Assembly (NCBI RefSeq): GCF_000341395.1
Contig: NC_020304.1
Location: 780,001 to 812,000, forward strand
Origin: Desulfocapsa sulfexigens DSM 10523
Lineage (GTDB): Bacteria > Desulfobacterota > Desulfobulbia > Desulfobulbales > Desulfocapsaceae
Direction: 5' to 3'
Length of the DNA stretch: 32,000 nt
The position numbers were made by a program, and so were the translations under genes. The notes under the pieces were generated by a model. It was given only the letters and a program-made list of their open reading frames with translations. It was not told the DNA's origin and searched no databases. How positions within the stretch are numbered: the stretch's first letter is position 1; every line of letters begins with the position of its first letter. This document shows positions 6,571 through 16,939 of this stretch, piece after piece.

Positions 6571-7452
6571 CTACAGAAGACCTGCATCTTTCATAGCTCC
6601 TTTCAGAGTTTGCAGAGCCTTGTCATCAATCTCGGTCAATGGCAGTCGTGGTAAACCATTTTTGATTTTACCCATGAGTTCCACGCCTTTTTTTGCGGGA
6701 ACCGGATTTGGGGCCGCAAACATCGATGTCATCAGGGGGAAGAGACTGTAGTGAATCTCATTTGCCTTTTTGATATCACCGGAAAGTGCAGCTTCCATCA
6801 GATCTGCCATACCACGAGGATGCACATTCGATGTAACTGAGATAACACCTTTACCCCCTATAAAAACTGTTGGCATTGAGGTGAAATCATCCCCTGAGAG
6901 GACGATGAAATCGTCTGGACACTGACGAATTATCTCACTTATCTGCTGCAACGATGCAGAGGCTTCCTTGATACCGATGATATTTTCAAGTTCAGCCAGA
7001 CGTGCGACAGTCTCAGGCAGCATATTGGTAACGGTTCGGCTCGGAACATTATACAGGATAACTGGGATATCAACAGCTTCTGCAATTGCCTTAAAGTGTT
7101 GATACAGGCCTTCCTGACTTGGCTTATTGTAATAAGGGACCACGGAAAGAGTGGCATCCGCCCCGCTGGCCTTTGCACTTTTCGCAAGATCAATGGATTC
7201 GGCGGTTGAGTTGGCGCCCGTTCCGGCAATTACTGGAACACGTCCGGCAACAGTTTTTACTGTAAGCTCAATAATCCGTTTATGCTCATCAAAGCTCACA
7301 GTTGCTGATTCACCCGTCGTTCCACAGGGGACGATTCCGTGAGTGCCATTTTCAATCTGAAAATTAATCAGATCAACCAGCCCCTGCTCGTCAATTTTAT
7401 TATTAATAAAAGGGGTAACAATTGCAACGATTGCGCCATGATATTTTTCCAT
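6571..7452 (-). CDS. dapA: 4-hydroxy-tetrahydrodipicolinate synthase
   Basis: GAIVAIVTPF, GTTGES and YNVPSRT motifs, 293 aa. Confidence 0.95.
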   Translation of the reverse strand: MEKYHGAIVAIVTPFINNKIDEQGLVDLINFQIENGTHGIVPCGTTGESATVSFDEHKRIIELTVKTVAGRVPVIAGTGANSTAESIDLAKSAKASGADATLSVVPYYNKPSQEGLYQHFKAIAEAVDIPVILYNVPSRTVTNMLPETVARLAELENIIGIKEASASLQQISEIIRQCPDDFIVLSGDDFTSMPTVFIGGKGVISVTSNVHPRGMADLMEAALSGDIKKANEIHYSLFPLMTSMFAAPNPVPAKKGVELMGKIKNGLPRLPLTEIDDKALQTLKGAMKDAGLL

Positions 7453-7561
7453 GATTCTATTCTCCTTCTCTTCCTTCTCTATTAGGCTGAAGACCGAAGG
7501 TTACAGGCTGAAGTAAAAGAATAAATACCCTCTCCCTCTTCCTCTTTCCCTTCTGCCTCGT

Positions 7562-8404
7562 TCATTCCAGTGATTCGGCCGTTAGCTGGCCGATGTAGAT
7601 AATTCGTGCCGGTCCCTGCAGATATACATTCTCTGCAGTACCATCCTGATTCAGATCAAAGACTATGGTCAATTTTTCTCCACCCGAGGTGATAACAGTC
7701 ACCGGCGAGACCACAAGTCCCCTGTTCGCCGCAAATATTGCGGAAGCAACAGCCCCTGTCCCGCAGGCCATGGTTTCATCCTCCACGCCCCGCTCATATG
7801 TGCGAACCCGGACAGTGCCATCATTCAGAGATTGAACAAAGTTGACATTCGTCCCAGCGGGAGCAAACTGCTCATGGAATCGAATTGCATGACCCCATTT
7901 TTTCACAGCAATTTCCGCGCCCTCATCTTTAAAAATAACCGCATGGGGAACTCCGGAGTTCATAAAAGAAATCTCCGTCGCCTCTCCGTCAAGCTCTGCT
8001 TCAAGACCACTTCGATAATCAAAGGGTGCCGTCATCAACAGGCTTACATCTCCGCTATCATTTAAAACCTCGGCCTCAATAATTCCCGCCAGGGTCTCAA
8101 AAGACATTTTCCTTTCTGCAATCCCTCTGGCAAATGCAAAGCGGGCTGCACATCGGGCACCGTTTCCACACATTTCAGCTATGGAGCCATCTCCATTGTA
8201 AAACCGCCAGCTAAAATCCGCCTTCTCTGAACCTTCAATAAAAATAACTCCATCTGCACCAACGGAAAACATCCGACGGCAGACACGGCGTACGAAATCG
8301 GACTGTTTATCTTCCGGTACCAAAAGTCTGCGATGGTCAATGACTATAAAATCATTGCCAGTACCGCTCATTTTGGCAAAGGGTACAGGAAATTCGATAT
8401 CCAT
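7562..8404 (-). CDS. dapF: diaminopimelate epimerase
   Basis: SGTGNDFIVID plus two catalytic Cys motifs, MCGNGARC and ACGTGA. I prefer the start at ATG 8404 (MDIEFPVPF), 1 nt after the lysA stop. Confidence 0.9.
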   Translation of the reverse strand: MDIEFPVPFAKMSGTGNDFIVIDHRRLLVPEDKQSDFVRRVCRRMFSVGADGVIFIEGSEKADFSWRFYNGDGSIAEMCGNGARCAARFAFARGIAERKMSFETLAGIIEAEVLNDSGDVSLLMTAPFDYRSGLEAELDGEATEISFMNSGVPHAVIFKDEGAEIAVKKWGHAIRFHEQFAPAGTNVNFVQSLNDGTVRVRTYERGVEDETMACGTGAVASAIFAANRGLVVSPVTVITSGGEKLTIVFDLNQDGTAENVYLQGPARIIYIGQLTAESLE

Positions 8405-8405
8405 A

Positions 8406-9677
8406 CTATTTCTCCACAAATTCAGGAATACTTTCACCCTGAATCAATGATTCCATACTTTCGCGCTCGCGTATAATTCTAAACTGATCTCCGGAAACCA
8501 TCACTTCTGCAACACGAGGCCTGGAATTATAATTAGATGCCATGGTAAAACCATAGGCACCAGCGCTGAAAACCGCCAGCAGGTCGCCCTGCTCGACATG
8601 TGGTAACCTGATATCCTTTCCAAGAAAATCACCAGTCTCACAGATAGGACCAACGACATCAGCAACCTGAACGAGATCGACATCTTCCTTAACTGGTTCA
8701 ATACGATGATACGCACCATACAGGCTGGGACGGGTGAGATCGTTCATCCCGGCATCGACCACCACGAAATGCTTCTCTTCTGCACCACCTCTGTTGCTTT
8801 TGGTGTACTGAACTTCAGTAACCAGAATCCCGGCATTCCCGACAATAACCCGACCCGGCTCAAGTATCAGAGTGGCCGATAAACCATCCAGCTCTTCCTT
8901 GATGGCACTTGCGTACTCTTTAGGATGGGGTGGTTCTTCATCATCATAAGTGATGCCCACCCCGCCACCAAGATCGATGTACTGTATAGTAATTTCATTT
9001 TCAGCCAGGCGTCCGACAAAGGCTTTAAGCTTTCGCAGAGTTTCAACAAAAGGTGATATAAGGGTCAACTGAGAACCAATGTGACAGCTCACGCCCTTCA
9101 CCTCAATATGTTCCATTGCCTCAGCTTGCAGATACAGATCAAGTGCCTCATGAATGGGAATACCGAACTTGTTCTTAGCCAGACCCGTGGAAATGTACGC
9201 ATGGGTTTTGGGATCAACATCAGGATTCACCCGAAAGGAGACGGGAGCCTTCACGCCCATATCTGCAGCCACTGTGTTTAGACGATGCAGCTCCTGTTCT
9301 GATTCAACATTAAAAAAGAGGATATTGGATTGCAGACCGTAACGCAGTTCGCTTTCAGTCTTCCCTACACCCGAATAGATTATCTTCCCAGGATCGATAC
9401 CAGCCTGCAGAGCACGAAACAACTCTCCACCGGAAACAATATCCGCACCACCGCCAAGGCCTCCAAAAAGCGACAAAATGGCAATATTCGAACAACTCTT
9501 CACCGCAAAACAGGTAATATGGTCTATCCCTTCAAATCCTGAGTCAAAGGCCTGAAAATGCCGGGTCAGAGTCGCTTTTGAGTAGAGATAGAAAGGCGTC
9601 CCTACTTCTTTTGCAATATCGCTGACAGCAAGATCTTCACAGAAGAGCTCACCGTTTTTATATTCAAAATGATTCAT
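8406..9677 (-). CDS. lysA: diaminopimelate decarboxylase
   Basis: PLP fold-III decarboxylase of 423 aa with FAVKSCSN (PLP Lys), GGGVGI, CETGD and SAGAYG motifs. Confidence 0.95.
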   Translation of the reverse strand: MNHFEYKNGELFCEDLAVSDIAKEVGTPFYLYSKATLTRHFQAFDSGFEGIDHITCFAVKSCSNIAILSLFGGLGGGADIVSGGELFRALQAGIDPGKIIYSGVGKTESELRYGLQSNILFFNVESEQELHRLNTVAADMGVKAPVSFRVNPDVDPKTHAYISTGLAKNKFGIPIHEALDLYLQAEAMEHIEVKGVSCHIGSQLTLISPFVETLRKLKAFVGRLAENEITIQYIDLGGGVGITYDDEEPPHPKEYASAIKEELDGLSATLILEPGRVIVGNAGILVTEVQYTKSNRGGAEEKHFVVVDAGMNDLTRPSLYGAYHRIEPVKEDVDLVQVADVVGPICETGDFLGKDIRLPHVEQGDLLAVFSAGAYGFTMASNYNSRPRVAEVMVSGDQFRIIRERESMESLIQGESIPEFVEK

Positions 9678-9715
9678 GGTTCTTTGTAAGACTATCTCGT
9701 GATAACTGAAAAATA

Positions 9716-10771
9716 TTAATGACGTATGCTGGCCTCACGAGATTGTTCACTCTCGTTTGGAGTTTCCGCCTTGTCGTAAGCGGTGACAGAATAAAAGTAA
9801 TTTCCATCAGCGGCTACATTCACGTCCTCAAAAATGGAGTAGACACCACTCACATCACCAATCACCCTGGCTGTTTTTTCATCCGCACTGCGTCGATATA
9901 CCTTATATCCCTTCACATCTGCATCCTGGGACTTGTCCCAGAAAATCTTAATACCACCACCGGTCTGCACTGCCGTTATTCCGGTGGGAGCCGCGGGGGG
10001 AGTCTGATCTATGGCAGTAGCTGCCACTGACCCTGAAAGACCTCCACTTACGGCAACTCCATCAACCATAAGGAGCGACTGAACCTTATAATAAAAGGTT
10101 TCCCCATTTTTCAGTGATTTATCAACAAACCGAGTAGCTTTTACAGGTTCACCAATGCTTTCAAAGCCTGCATTATCCCTGCTACGCTGCACCTGATAGA
10201 GCAGCGGATAACTGACCTTCTCTTCATCCATAAGCTGCGTCACGGTCTGCCAGCTGACAACAACACTGGAATCAACCCCTTTTGCCGTCACACCTTCCGG
10301 AGCTTTGGCTGGAATATGCCACACAAAAGAGACGATATTAGAGTCTGGACTCGCCGCCCACCAACTTGTTCTGGCATTGACCTTGAAAAAGTATTTATGT
10401 CCAGAACGCAGCAGTGAAGTCTCATATGTACCCTGCCGTGTTTTTTCCGGATCAACCACCCCACCCGGAACCTGTATGGCTTCATTAAAGGGAATCGGGC
10501 ATGTGGGACAATAATCTTTCAGTGGAACAACTGCCCTGTACACATCGAAGGTAGCAATGTCGGTAAGGTCAGTCCCTCTAATCGTCTCCTTAGGAAAGCT
10601 CCAGTTCAGGATTACCCCTTTTTCACTCACTGAATACCGTAAATCTTCAATGGCCTTGGGAACAATGGAATCAGGAGGAACGGGTTCAGTCTTATACCCA
10701 CAACCGCCTGCCAGAAACAGTGTTCCAGTAAGAAGAATTGCCCCTGCAAACTGTGCTTTTCTCAACATCAT
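9716..10771 (-). CDS. lipoprotein with about three fibronectin-type-III-like repeats
   Basis: Lipobox LFLAGG-C-GYK. Three repeats end in aromatic-rich strands: YFFKVNA, FYYKVQS and YFYSVTAYD. The start overlaps the argH stop (TAATG). Confidence 0.75.
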   Translation of the reverse strand: MMLRKAQFAGAILLTGTLFLAGGCGYKTEPVPPDSIVPKAIEDLRYSVSEKGVILNWSFPKETIRGTDLTDIATFDVYRAVVPLKDYCPTCPIPFNEAIQVPGGVVDPEKTRQGTYETSLLRSGHKYFFKVNARTSWWAASPDSNIVSFVWHIPAKAPEGVTAKGVDSSVVVSWQTVTQLMDEEKVSYPLLYQVQRSRDNAGFESIGEPVKATRFVDKSLKNGETFYYKVQSLLMVDGVAVSGGLSGSVAATAIDQTPPAAPTGITAVQTGGGIKIFWDKSQDADVKGYKVYRRSADEKTARVIGDVSGVYSIFEDVNVAADGNYFYSVTAYDKAETPNESEQSREASIRH

Positions 10772-12174
10772 TACTCTCCAATTCCCATTTGTTTTTCAGC
10801 AGCTTGCACTGCTTCTTCAACCCGCAGTGTTGCGGTTCCTCCGGTCGAGACTCTGGAGTTCACAGAACCTTCAACACTCAACACATCAAAAACATCCTCA
10901 TCAATGACAGGAGAAAAGTCCCGCATCTCCGAGAGAGTCAAATCGGTCAATTCACAGCCCTTTTCTATACAGGTGGCTACTGCCCGCCCCACGATGCCGT
11001 GTGCCTCACGAAAGGGCACATCATGGAGGACAAGATAATCGGCGAGATCCGTGGCCGTCATAAATCCCGTCCGGGTTGCCTCCCGCATGCGCCTGGTATT
11101 GAACTCCAGGTTCCCGAGCATTTCAGCCATAATGGCAAGTGAGGCAGATACGGTATCCACCGCATCAAAAACAGGTTCTTTGTCCTCCTGAAGATCCCGG
11201 TTATACGTCAACGGCAAACCTTTCATCAGGGTAATAAGGGACATAAGACTGCCCACCACTCTGCCGGACTTACCACGGATCAGTTCAGGGATATCTGGAT
11301 TCTTTTTCTGTGGCATAATGGAAGAGCCGGTGCAGAACTTATCTGCAATACTGACAAAAGAAAATTCCTGGCTAGACCAGAGCACCAACTCTTCTGAGAG
11401 TCGTGAGAGGTGAAGCTGGATCATGGTACAACAGGAGACAAATTCAATGGCAAAATCACGATCCCCGGAAGTGTCCATGGAATTGGCCGTCACCCTGTCA
11501 AAACCAAGGAGCCCGGCAACCATTTCCCTGTCAATGGGGAGACCTGTTCCAGCCATGGCCGCCGCGCCAAGGGGCAGAACATTAATCCGCTTCCTGCAAT
11601 CTGCAATGCGCTCACTATCACGGCCGAACATTTCATAATAGGCCATCATGTGATGGGCAATCAGTACCGGTTGTGCCCGTTGCATATGGGTATAGCCAGG
11701 CATCACCTGTCCCATGTATCTCCTGGCAAGCCCCACAAATGCTCTGCGTATATTCTCAAGCAGTACAACAAAACGGTCACACTGATCACGAAGATAAAGA
11801 CGAAGATCGAGTGCTATCTGATCATTGCGGCTCCGGGCACTGTGCAGTTTGGCTCCGGCCGGACCAATTGCATCGATAAGCGCCTTTTCAATATTCATAT
11901 GAATATCTTCAAGCTCACTCTTGAAGGAAAATTCCCCATTATCAATAGCTGTTTCAATATCGGACAGGCCATCGATGATAGCGCTCAACTCTTCTGCCGT
12001 GAGCAGGTCATTGGCTGCCAGCATGGTAGCATGGGCTTTGCTGCCCATAATATCATACGAATACAGACGCCTGTCGTAGCTGATCGATTCGGTAAAGGCT
12101 TCCACCGAGGCCGCGGTAGCCCCTTCAAACCGTCCGCCCCAGAGCTTTTGAGATGTATTTTTTTTCACGTTCAA
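10771..12174 (-). CDS. argH: argininosuccinate lyase
   Basis: LWGGRF N-terminus and the fumarate-lyase signature GSSIMPQKKNPD. The start codon is TTG at 12174 (GTG at 12168 is possible). Confidence 0.95.
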   Translation of the reverse strand: MNVKKNTSQKLWGGRFEGATAASVEAFTESISYDRRLYSYDIMGSKAHATMLAANDLLTAEELSAIIDGLSDIETAIDNGEFSFKSELEDIHMNIEKALIDAIGPAGAKLHSARSRNDQIALDLRLYLRDQCDRFVVLLENIRRAFVGLARRYMGQVMPGYTHMQRAQPVLIAHHMMAYYEMFGRDSERIADCRKRINVLPLGAAAMAGTGLPIDREMVAGLLGFDRVTANSMDTSGDRDFAIEFVSCCTMIQLHLSRLSEELVLWSSQEFSFVSIADKFCTGSSIMPQKKNPDIPELIRGKSGRVVGSLMSLITLMKGLPLTYNRDLQEDKEPVFDAVDTVSASLAIMAEMLGNLEFNTRRMREATRTGFMTATDLADYLVLHDVPFREAHGIVGRAVATCIEKGCELTDLTLSEMRDFSPVIDEDVFDVLSVEGSVNSRVSTGGTATLRVEEAVQAAEKQMGIGE

Positions 12175-12181
12175 CTATCCA

Positions 12182-13378
12182 CTACTTCTTTTGCATGGCT
12201 ATGATCTGCAAGCGCAAACCGTTGAGACGGATAAAGCCACCGGCATCGGCCTGATTGTAAACAGTATCCTCTTCAAATGTGGCAAAACTTTCCTGATACA
12301 GTGAGTAATCCGATTTCTTTCCAACTGAGACACAATTCCCCTTGTACAGTTTCATCCGCACTGTGCCGTTCACCGTTTTCTGACTCTCATCCATGGTCAC
12401 CTGGAGCAGTTCCCGCTCGGGGGAAAACCAGAAACCATTATAGACAAGCTCTGCGTAGCGTGGAACCAGAGAATCCCTGATTCGCATCACTTCCCTGTCC
12501 ATACACATGGTTTCCAGGTCACGATGTGCGTTGCGAAGCAGGGTACCACCGGGAGTTTCATAGACGCCGCGGGACTTCATACCCACAAAACGGTTTTCAA
12601 GGAGATCAAGACGACCGACACCATTGGCACCGGCAACCTTATTCAGGGCCGTGAGGAGGGGCAGGGGATCCATGCGTTCGCCATTAATGGCAACGGGATT
12701 CCCTTTCTCAAAATCAATCTCAACATAGGTCGGCTTATCCGGTGCATTTTCAGGGGAGACGGTAAGCTTGTACATATCCTCATCGGGCTCGTTCCATGGA
12801 TCTTCCAGAAGTCCGCCTTCAAAACTGATGTGAAGAATGTTCTCATCGGAGCTGTAGGGGTTCTTCTTGGTAGTGGGTACCGGAATATTGTGTTTTTTGG
12901 CAAACTCCTCAAGCTTGGCCCGGGAGTTCAAATCCCAGATACGCCAGGGGGCAATAATCTTTAAACTTGGATCAATTCCGAGATAGGAAAGTTCAAAACG
13001 AACCTGATCATTTCCTTTGCCGGTGGCACCATGACTCACGGCATCCGCACCTTCAGCATGGGCTATGCGTACCTGCTCTTTTCCGATAATAGGACGGGCA
13101 AGGGATGTTCCAAGAAGATAGGATCCCTCATAGATCGCATTGCAACGAAAAGCCGGAAAGATATAATCTTCAACAAACTCCTGACGGAGATCGGAAATAA
13201 TAACTTTTTCGGCCCCGGTAGCCATTCCTTTTTTGCGAATTGCGTCCCAGTCCTCCGTCTGACCAACATCGGCAGCATAAGCGATAACAGGACACTCATA
13301 TTCTTCTTCCAACCATTTCAAAATGACTGAAGTGTCCAATCCGCCAGAATAGGCCAGTACGATTTTTTTAACGTCCAT
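12182..13378 (-). CDS. argG: argininosuccinate synthase
   Basis: [12 protein letters not shown]-binding motif, [13 protein letters not shown], 398 aa. Confidence 0.95.
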   Translation of the reverse strand: MDVKKIVLAYSGGLDTSVILKWLEEEYECPVIAYAADVGQTEDWDAIRKKGMATGAEKVIISDLRQEFVEDYIFPAFRCNAIYEGSYLLGTSLARPIIGKEQVRIAHAEGADAVSHGATGKGNDQVRFELSYLGIDPSLKIIAPWRIWDLNSRAKLEEFAKKHNIPVPTTKKNPYSSDENILHISFEGGLLEDPWNEPDEDMYKLTVSPENAPDKPTYVEIDFEKGNPVAINGERMDPLPLLTALNKVAGANGVGRLDLLENRFVGMKSRGVYETPGGTLLRNAHRDLETMCMDREVMRIRDSLVPRYAELVYNGFWFSPERELLQVTMDESQKTVNGTVRMKLYKGNCVSVGKKSDYSLYQESFATFEEDTVYNQADAGGFIRLNGLRLQIIAMQKK

Positions 13379-13551
13379 TATATTTTTCTACCTCTCCCGC
13401 AACATCAAGCCACGGAAATTGTTTTTCTTTTATTACAATTCGCTAACCCAAGTAAGTGATCAGGGTGCCGTAGATTAGTACAGGCATGATCAGCCGCAAT
13501 AGTCTCCTCTATGCGGACGATTGTGACCGTACGAATATGCGGTGCTCCTGG

Positions 13552-14469
13552 TCATTTACAACCAATAAGCAGCTCCAGAATGGCTTTGTGCATATGCATC
13601 TTGTTCTCTGCCTGATCAAAAGCCACACACTGCTCCGACTCGAGCACTTCTTCAGTAATCTCTTCTTCACGATGGGCTGGTAGACAGTGCAAAACAACAG
13701 CATTGGCAGGAGCTTTGGCCATAAGGGCCGAGTTAATCTGCAATGGCTGGAAAATAGCGAGGCGCTCTTCCGCCTCCTCTTCCTGCCCCATGGAGGCCCA
13801 AACGTCGGTATTAATCACATCGGCCTGTGCCACCGCCTCTTCCGGACTACGGGTGACAGTAATTGGCTTTACTGCCTCCTTCTGTGCAGCTGCCATTATT
13901 TCAGGATCAGGGTCATAGCCTTCGGGGCAGGCCAGAATCAGCTCAAACCCGATACGACTTGCAGCCTGTATCCAGGAGTTGGCCATATTGTTACCATCAC
14001 CTATCCAGGCAATTTTCAACTTTTCAATATTCCCTTTTTTCTCTACAACAGTCATGATATCGCTGAGAATCTGACAGGGATGGTGAAGATCGGTGAGAGC
14101 ATTTACAACTGGTACGGAAGAGTATTCAGCGAGTTCTGTTACCACTTCCTGACCAAAAGTCCGTACAACTATTCCGTCCACATAACGGGCCATGACTCTG
14201 GCCATATCCTTTAAAGGTTCAGAACGAGCAAGCTGGGTATCACGACCGGAAAGAAAAATAACCTGCCCGCCAAGACCATACATAGCCGACTCAAAAGAGA
14301 CCCGGGTCCTGGTAGAAGGTTTTTCAAAAATCAACCCAACCGTCTTTCCTGCCAACTGTCGATGAGTGACCCCGGCAAGACGTTCTTCTTTAAGCTGAAT
14401 AGCGCGATTAATAAAACCAAGGAGTTCTTCTTTACTAAAATCTTGCAGTGACTGTAAGTGGCTTACCAT
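13552..14469 (-). CDS. argF: ornithine carbamoyltransferase
   Basis: FEKPSTRTRVSFE carbamoyl-phosphate motif and the HCLPAHR motif, 305 aa. Confidence 0.95.
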   Translation of the reverse strand: MVSHLQSLQDFSKEELLGFINRAIQLKEERLAGVTHRQLAGKTVGLIFEKPSTRTRVSFESAMYGLGGQVIFLSGRDTQLARSEPLKDMARVMARYVDGIVVRTFGQEVVTELAEYSSVPVVNALTDLHHPCQILSDIMTVVEKKGNIEKLKIAWIGDGNNMANSWIQAASRIGFELILACPEGYDPDPEIMAAAQKEAVKPITVTRSPEEAVAQADVINTDVWASMGQEEEAEERLAIFQPLQINSALMAKAPANAVVLHCLPAHREEEITEEVLESEQCVAFDQAENKMHMHKAILELLIGCK

Positions 14470-14618
14470 GACTCGTATCTTCTATGAACAGACCTATCTT
14501 TTTCAAGACAAGATCTCTTAATCTATATCCCCGAGCCCAATCGCTTTATTATAGGGGAAAGAAAGCATATTTACCCAAAAAAAGATCGATTTGCAAAGAT
14601 TTTCGTGAAAAGAGCCAC

Positions 14619-15824
14619 TCAGACCTTACATTCTCCCAAAACTTCACCCAAGGCCGTTAATAACTGATCAAGCTCAGTCCTGGTTATAATGAGGGGAGGC
14701 AGAAAACGAAGCGCCTTGTTTCCAGCAAAGTTGATAAGCACCCCCCTTTCAAAGAGTGCTTTCACTATTGCGCCTCCCTGTTCGATTCCTTTTTCAGTGA
14801 GAACAAGCCCCCGGATCAACCCCATTCCCCGCGCTCCACTTGCGAGCAGCGGGAAGCGTCCAGCCAGATCCTCAAGTCCCTTCTGCAGATAGTCGCCCTT
14901 CTCCCTGACCTCTGCCAGAAAGCCCTCTTCCAGCATAATCTTCAGAGTAGCCACGGCTCCTGCTGCTACCACCGGGTTACCCCCGAAGGTGGTACCATGA
15001 GTTCCCGGGGCCAGTGAAGCAGCAATTTCTTTTCGGGTGAGCATGGCACCGATGGGCAGGCCATTACCAAGGGCCTTGGCTACGGTCATGATATCCGGCA
15101 CAATGCCCAATTGCTCATAGGCAAAAAGGCTTCCGGTTCGTCCCATCCCAGTCTGTATTTCATCAAAAATCAGGAGCAAGTCATGCTTCCTGCACAAATC
15201 CTGCAGCCCTTTCAGGTACTCCACATCCAGTGGCCTTACACCACCTTCCCCCTGCAGAGGTTCACACATGATCGCACAGGTCTGGTCGGTTATCATGGCC
15301 TCCAGCACATTCAGGTTCCCAAAAGGGGCGTGAGAAAAGCCTTCGGGCATAGGTTCAAAGCCCTCTTGAAATTTGGGCTGTCCGGTGGCTGCGACCGTGG
15401 CAAGTGTCCTGCCATGAAAAGATCCGGCGAGTGAAATAATTCCGTAGCGTTCATAACCTGCGCAGATTCTTGCAAGCTTGATGGCTGCCTCATTTGCCTC
15501 AGCCCCACTGTTTGCCAGAAAAACCCGATCAGCAAAGGAATTTTCGGTCAGCAACTCAGCCAATTCTGTCTGAGGCTGGGTGTAATAAAGGTTTGAGACA
15601 TGCACCAGCTGTCTTGCCTGTGCACATATGGCCTCGGTCACCACCGGATGACAATGGCCAAGACTGCAAACGGCTATCCCTGCCAGACAATCCAGGTATT
15701 CTTTTCCTTCAGCATCGGTCAGGATACAACCTTCACCCTTTACCATGGTAGCTGGATATCGTGTGTAGGTTCCTATAATCACATCGTCACTTCTCTTGGC
15801 CCAGCCTGCATTTTCTCCACTCAT
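14619..15824 (-). CDS. argD: acetylornithine aminotransferase (class III PLP)
   Basis: NSGAEANE, DEIQTGMGRTG and the TVAKALGNG PLP-lysine region. Arg-operon context, with an ATGA overlap with argB. Confidence 0.9.
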   Translation of the reverse strand: MSGENAGWAKRSDDVIIGTYTRYPATMVKGEGCILTDAEGKEYLDCLAGIAVCSLGHCHPVVTEAICAQARQLVHVSNLYYTQPQTELAELLTENSFADRVFLANSGAEANEAAIKLARICAGYERYGIISLAGSFHGRTLATVAATGQPKFQEGFEPMPEGFSHAPFGNLNVLEAMITDQTCAIMCEPLQGEGGVRPLDVEYLKGLQDLCRKHDLLLIFDEIQTGMGRTGSLFAYEQLGIVPDIMTVAKALGNGLPIGAMLTRKEIAASLAPGTHGTTFGGNPVVAAGAVATLKIMLEEGFLAEVREKGDYLQKGLEDLAGRFPLLASGARGMGLIRGLVLTEKGIEQGGAIVKALFERGVLINFAGNKALRFLPPLIITRTELDQLLTALGEVLGECKV

Positions 15825-16711
15825 CAGACAATCTCCGTCCCTATCCCTTCCCGGGTAAAGATTTCAAGCAGAATAGCGTGTTCTATCCTGCCATCAATAA
15901 TATGTGTTTTGGTTACACCAGCTTTTAACGCATCACCACAGCATCTCACCTTGGGTATCATTCCACCGCCAATGGTTCCATTGTCAATATAGCTCTCAAG
16001 ATCACTCCGCTTCAATGATTTCAGCAGTGTTCCTTCATTGTCCTGGACACCAGCCACATCGGTGAGCAAAACCAGCTTCGCAGCCTTCAGCTCTGCAGCA
16101 ATGGATCCGGCCACAAGATCTGCATTGATATTAAAGGCCTGTCCATCTTCTCCGACGCCAACGGGCGCAATCACCGGAATAAAATCATTGGTCTCCAGTG
16201 CCTGCAGAATCTCAGGATTAACCCGGGTCACCTGGCCAACCCGTCCCAGATCAATCAACTCAGGAGGAGCATCCTCCAAGGTTCCATCATTTTTCTTACT
16301 CACCTTCATCTTTTCCGCACAGATAAGATCACCGTCACGTCCTGAAAGCCCGACCGCCCGACCACCACAATGGTTTATATTTCCGACAATCTCCTTGTTA
16401 ACCTTCCCCACAAGAACCATCTCAACCACACTCATGGTCTCTCCGTCGGTTACTCGCATTCCCTGAACATAACTGGGCTTTATCTCGAGCCTATCGAGCA
16501 GCCGATTGATCTGAGGCCCGCCACCGTGAACAATCACCGGATTGATACCGATATGCTTCATCAGTATAATATCCAGAGCAAATTGTTTTTTGAGATTTTC
16601 ATCCACCATGGCATGGCCGCCATATTTAATAACCACGGTTTTATGCCTGAACTCCTGCATATAGGGAAGAGATTCAATTAATCCTCTGGCCCGATCAATA
16701 CTTTCCTGCAT
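15824..16711 (-). CDS. argB: acetylglutamate kinase
   Basis: [17 protein letters not shown] and NINADLVAG motifs, 295 aa. Confidence 0.95.
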   Translation of the reverse strand: MQESIDRARGLIESLPYMQEFRHKTVVIKYGGHAMVDENLKKQFALDIILMKHIGINPVIVHGGGPQINRLLDRLEIKPSYVQGMRVTDGETMSVVEMVLVGKVNKEIVGNINHCGGRAVGLSGRDGDLICAEKMKVSKKNDGTLEDAPPELIDLGRVGQVTRVNPEILQALETNDFIPVIAPVGVGEDGQAFNINADLVAGSIAAELKAAKLVLLTDVAGVQDNEGTLLKSLKRSDLESYIDNGTIGGGMIPKVRCCGDALKAGVTKTHIIDGRIEHAILLEIFTREGIGTEIV

Positions 16712-16939
16712 ATCCCTTTGTCCTTTTTATAGAAATCTATATTTTCGTTTTAAATCAATTAAGTACATCCATATCGCATACAAGACATTCTCATTCTACT
16801 GATTCATCTGATTGAAGTAAAGAAATCTTTCTTTACCTTTCAGCTCCGGGATTTCTTTACTTTCTCAAGCACCAAGGCTATATTAGGCCTGGTATTTGCA
16901 TTGGACTCTTTCTTACTTTGTTTACCAGGAGACTTTTTT

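Noticed and set aside
7453-7561. Lysine riboswitch (L-box) in front of dapA, or in front of lysA at 9678-9715
   Set aside because: The spacers are 109 nt and 38 nt, too short for the ~180-nt L-box. No conserved L-box helices were recognisable.
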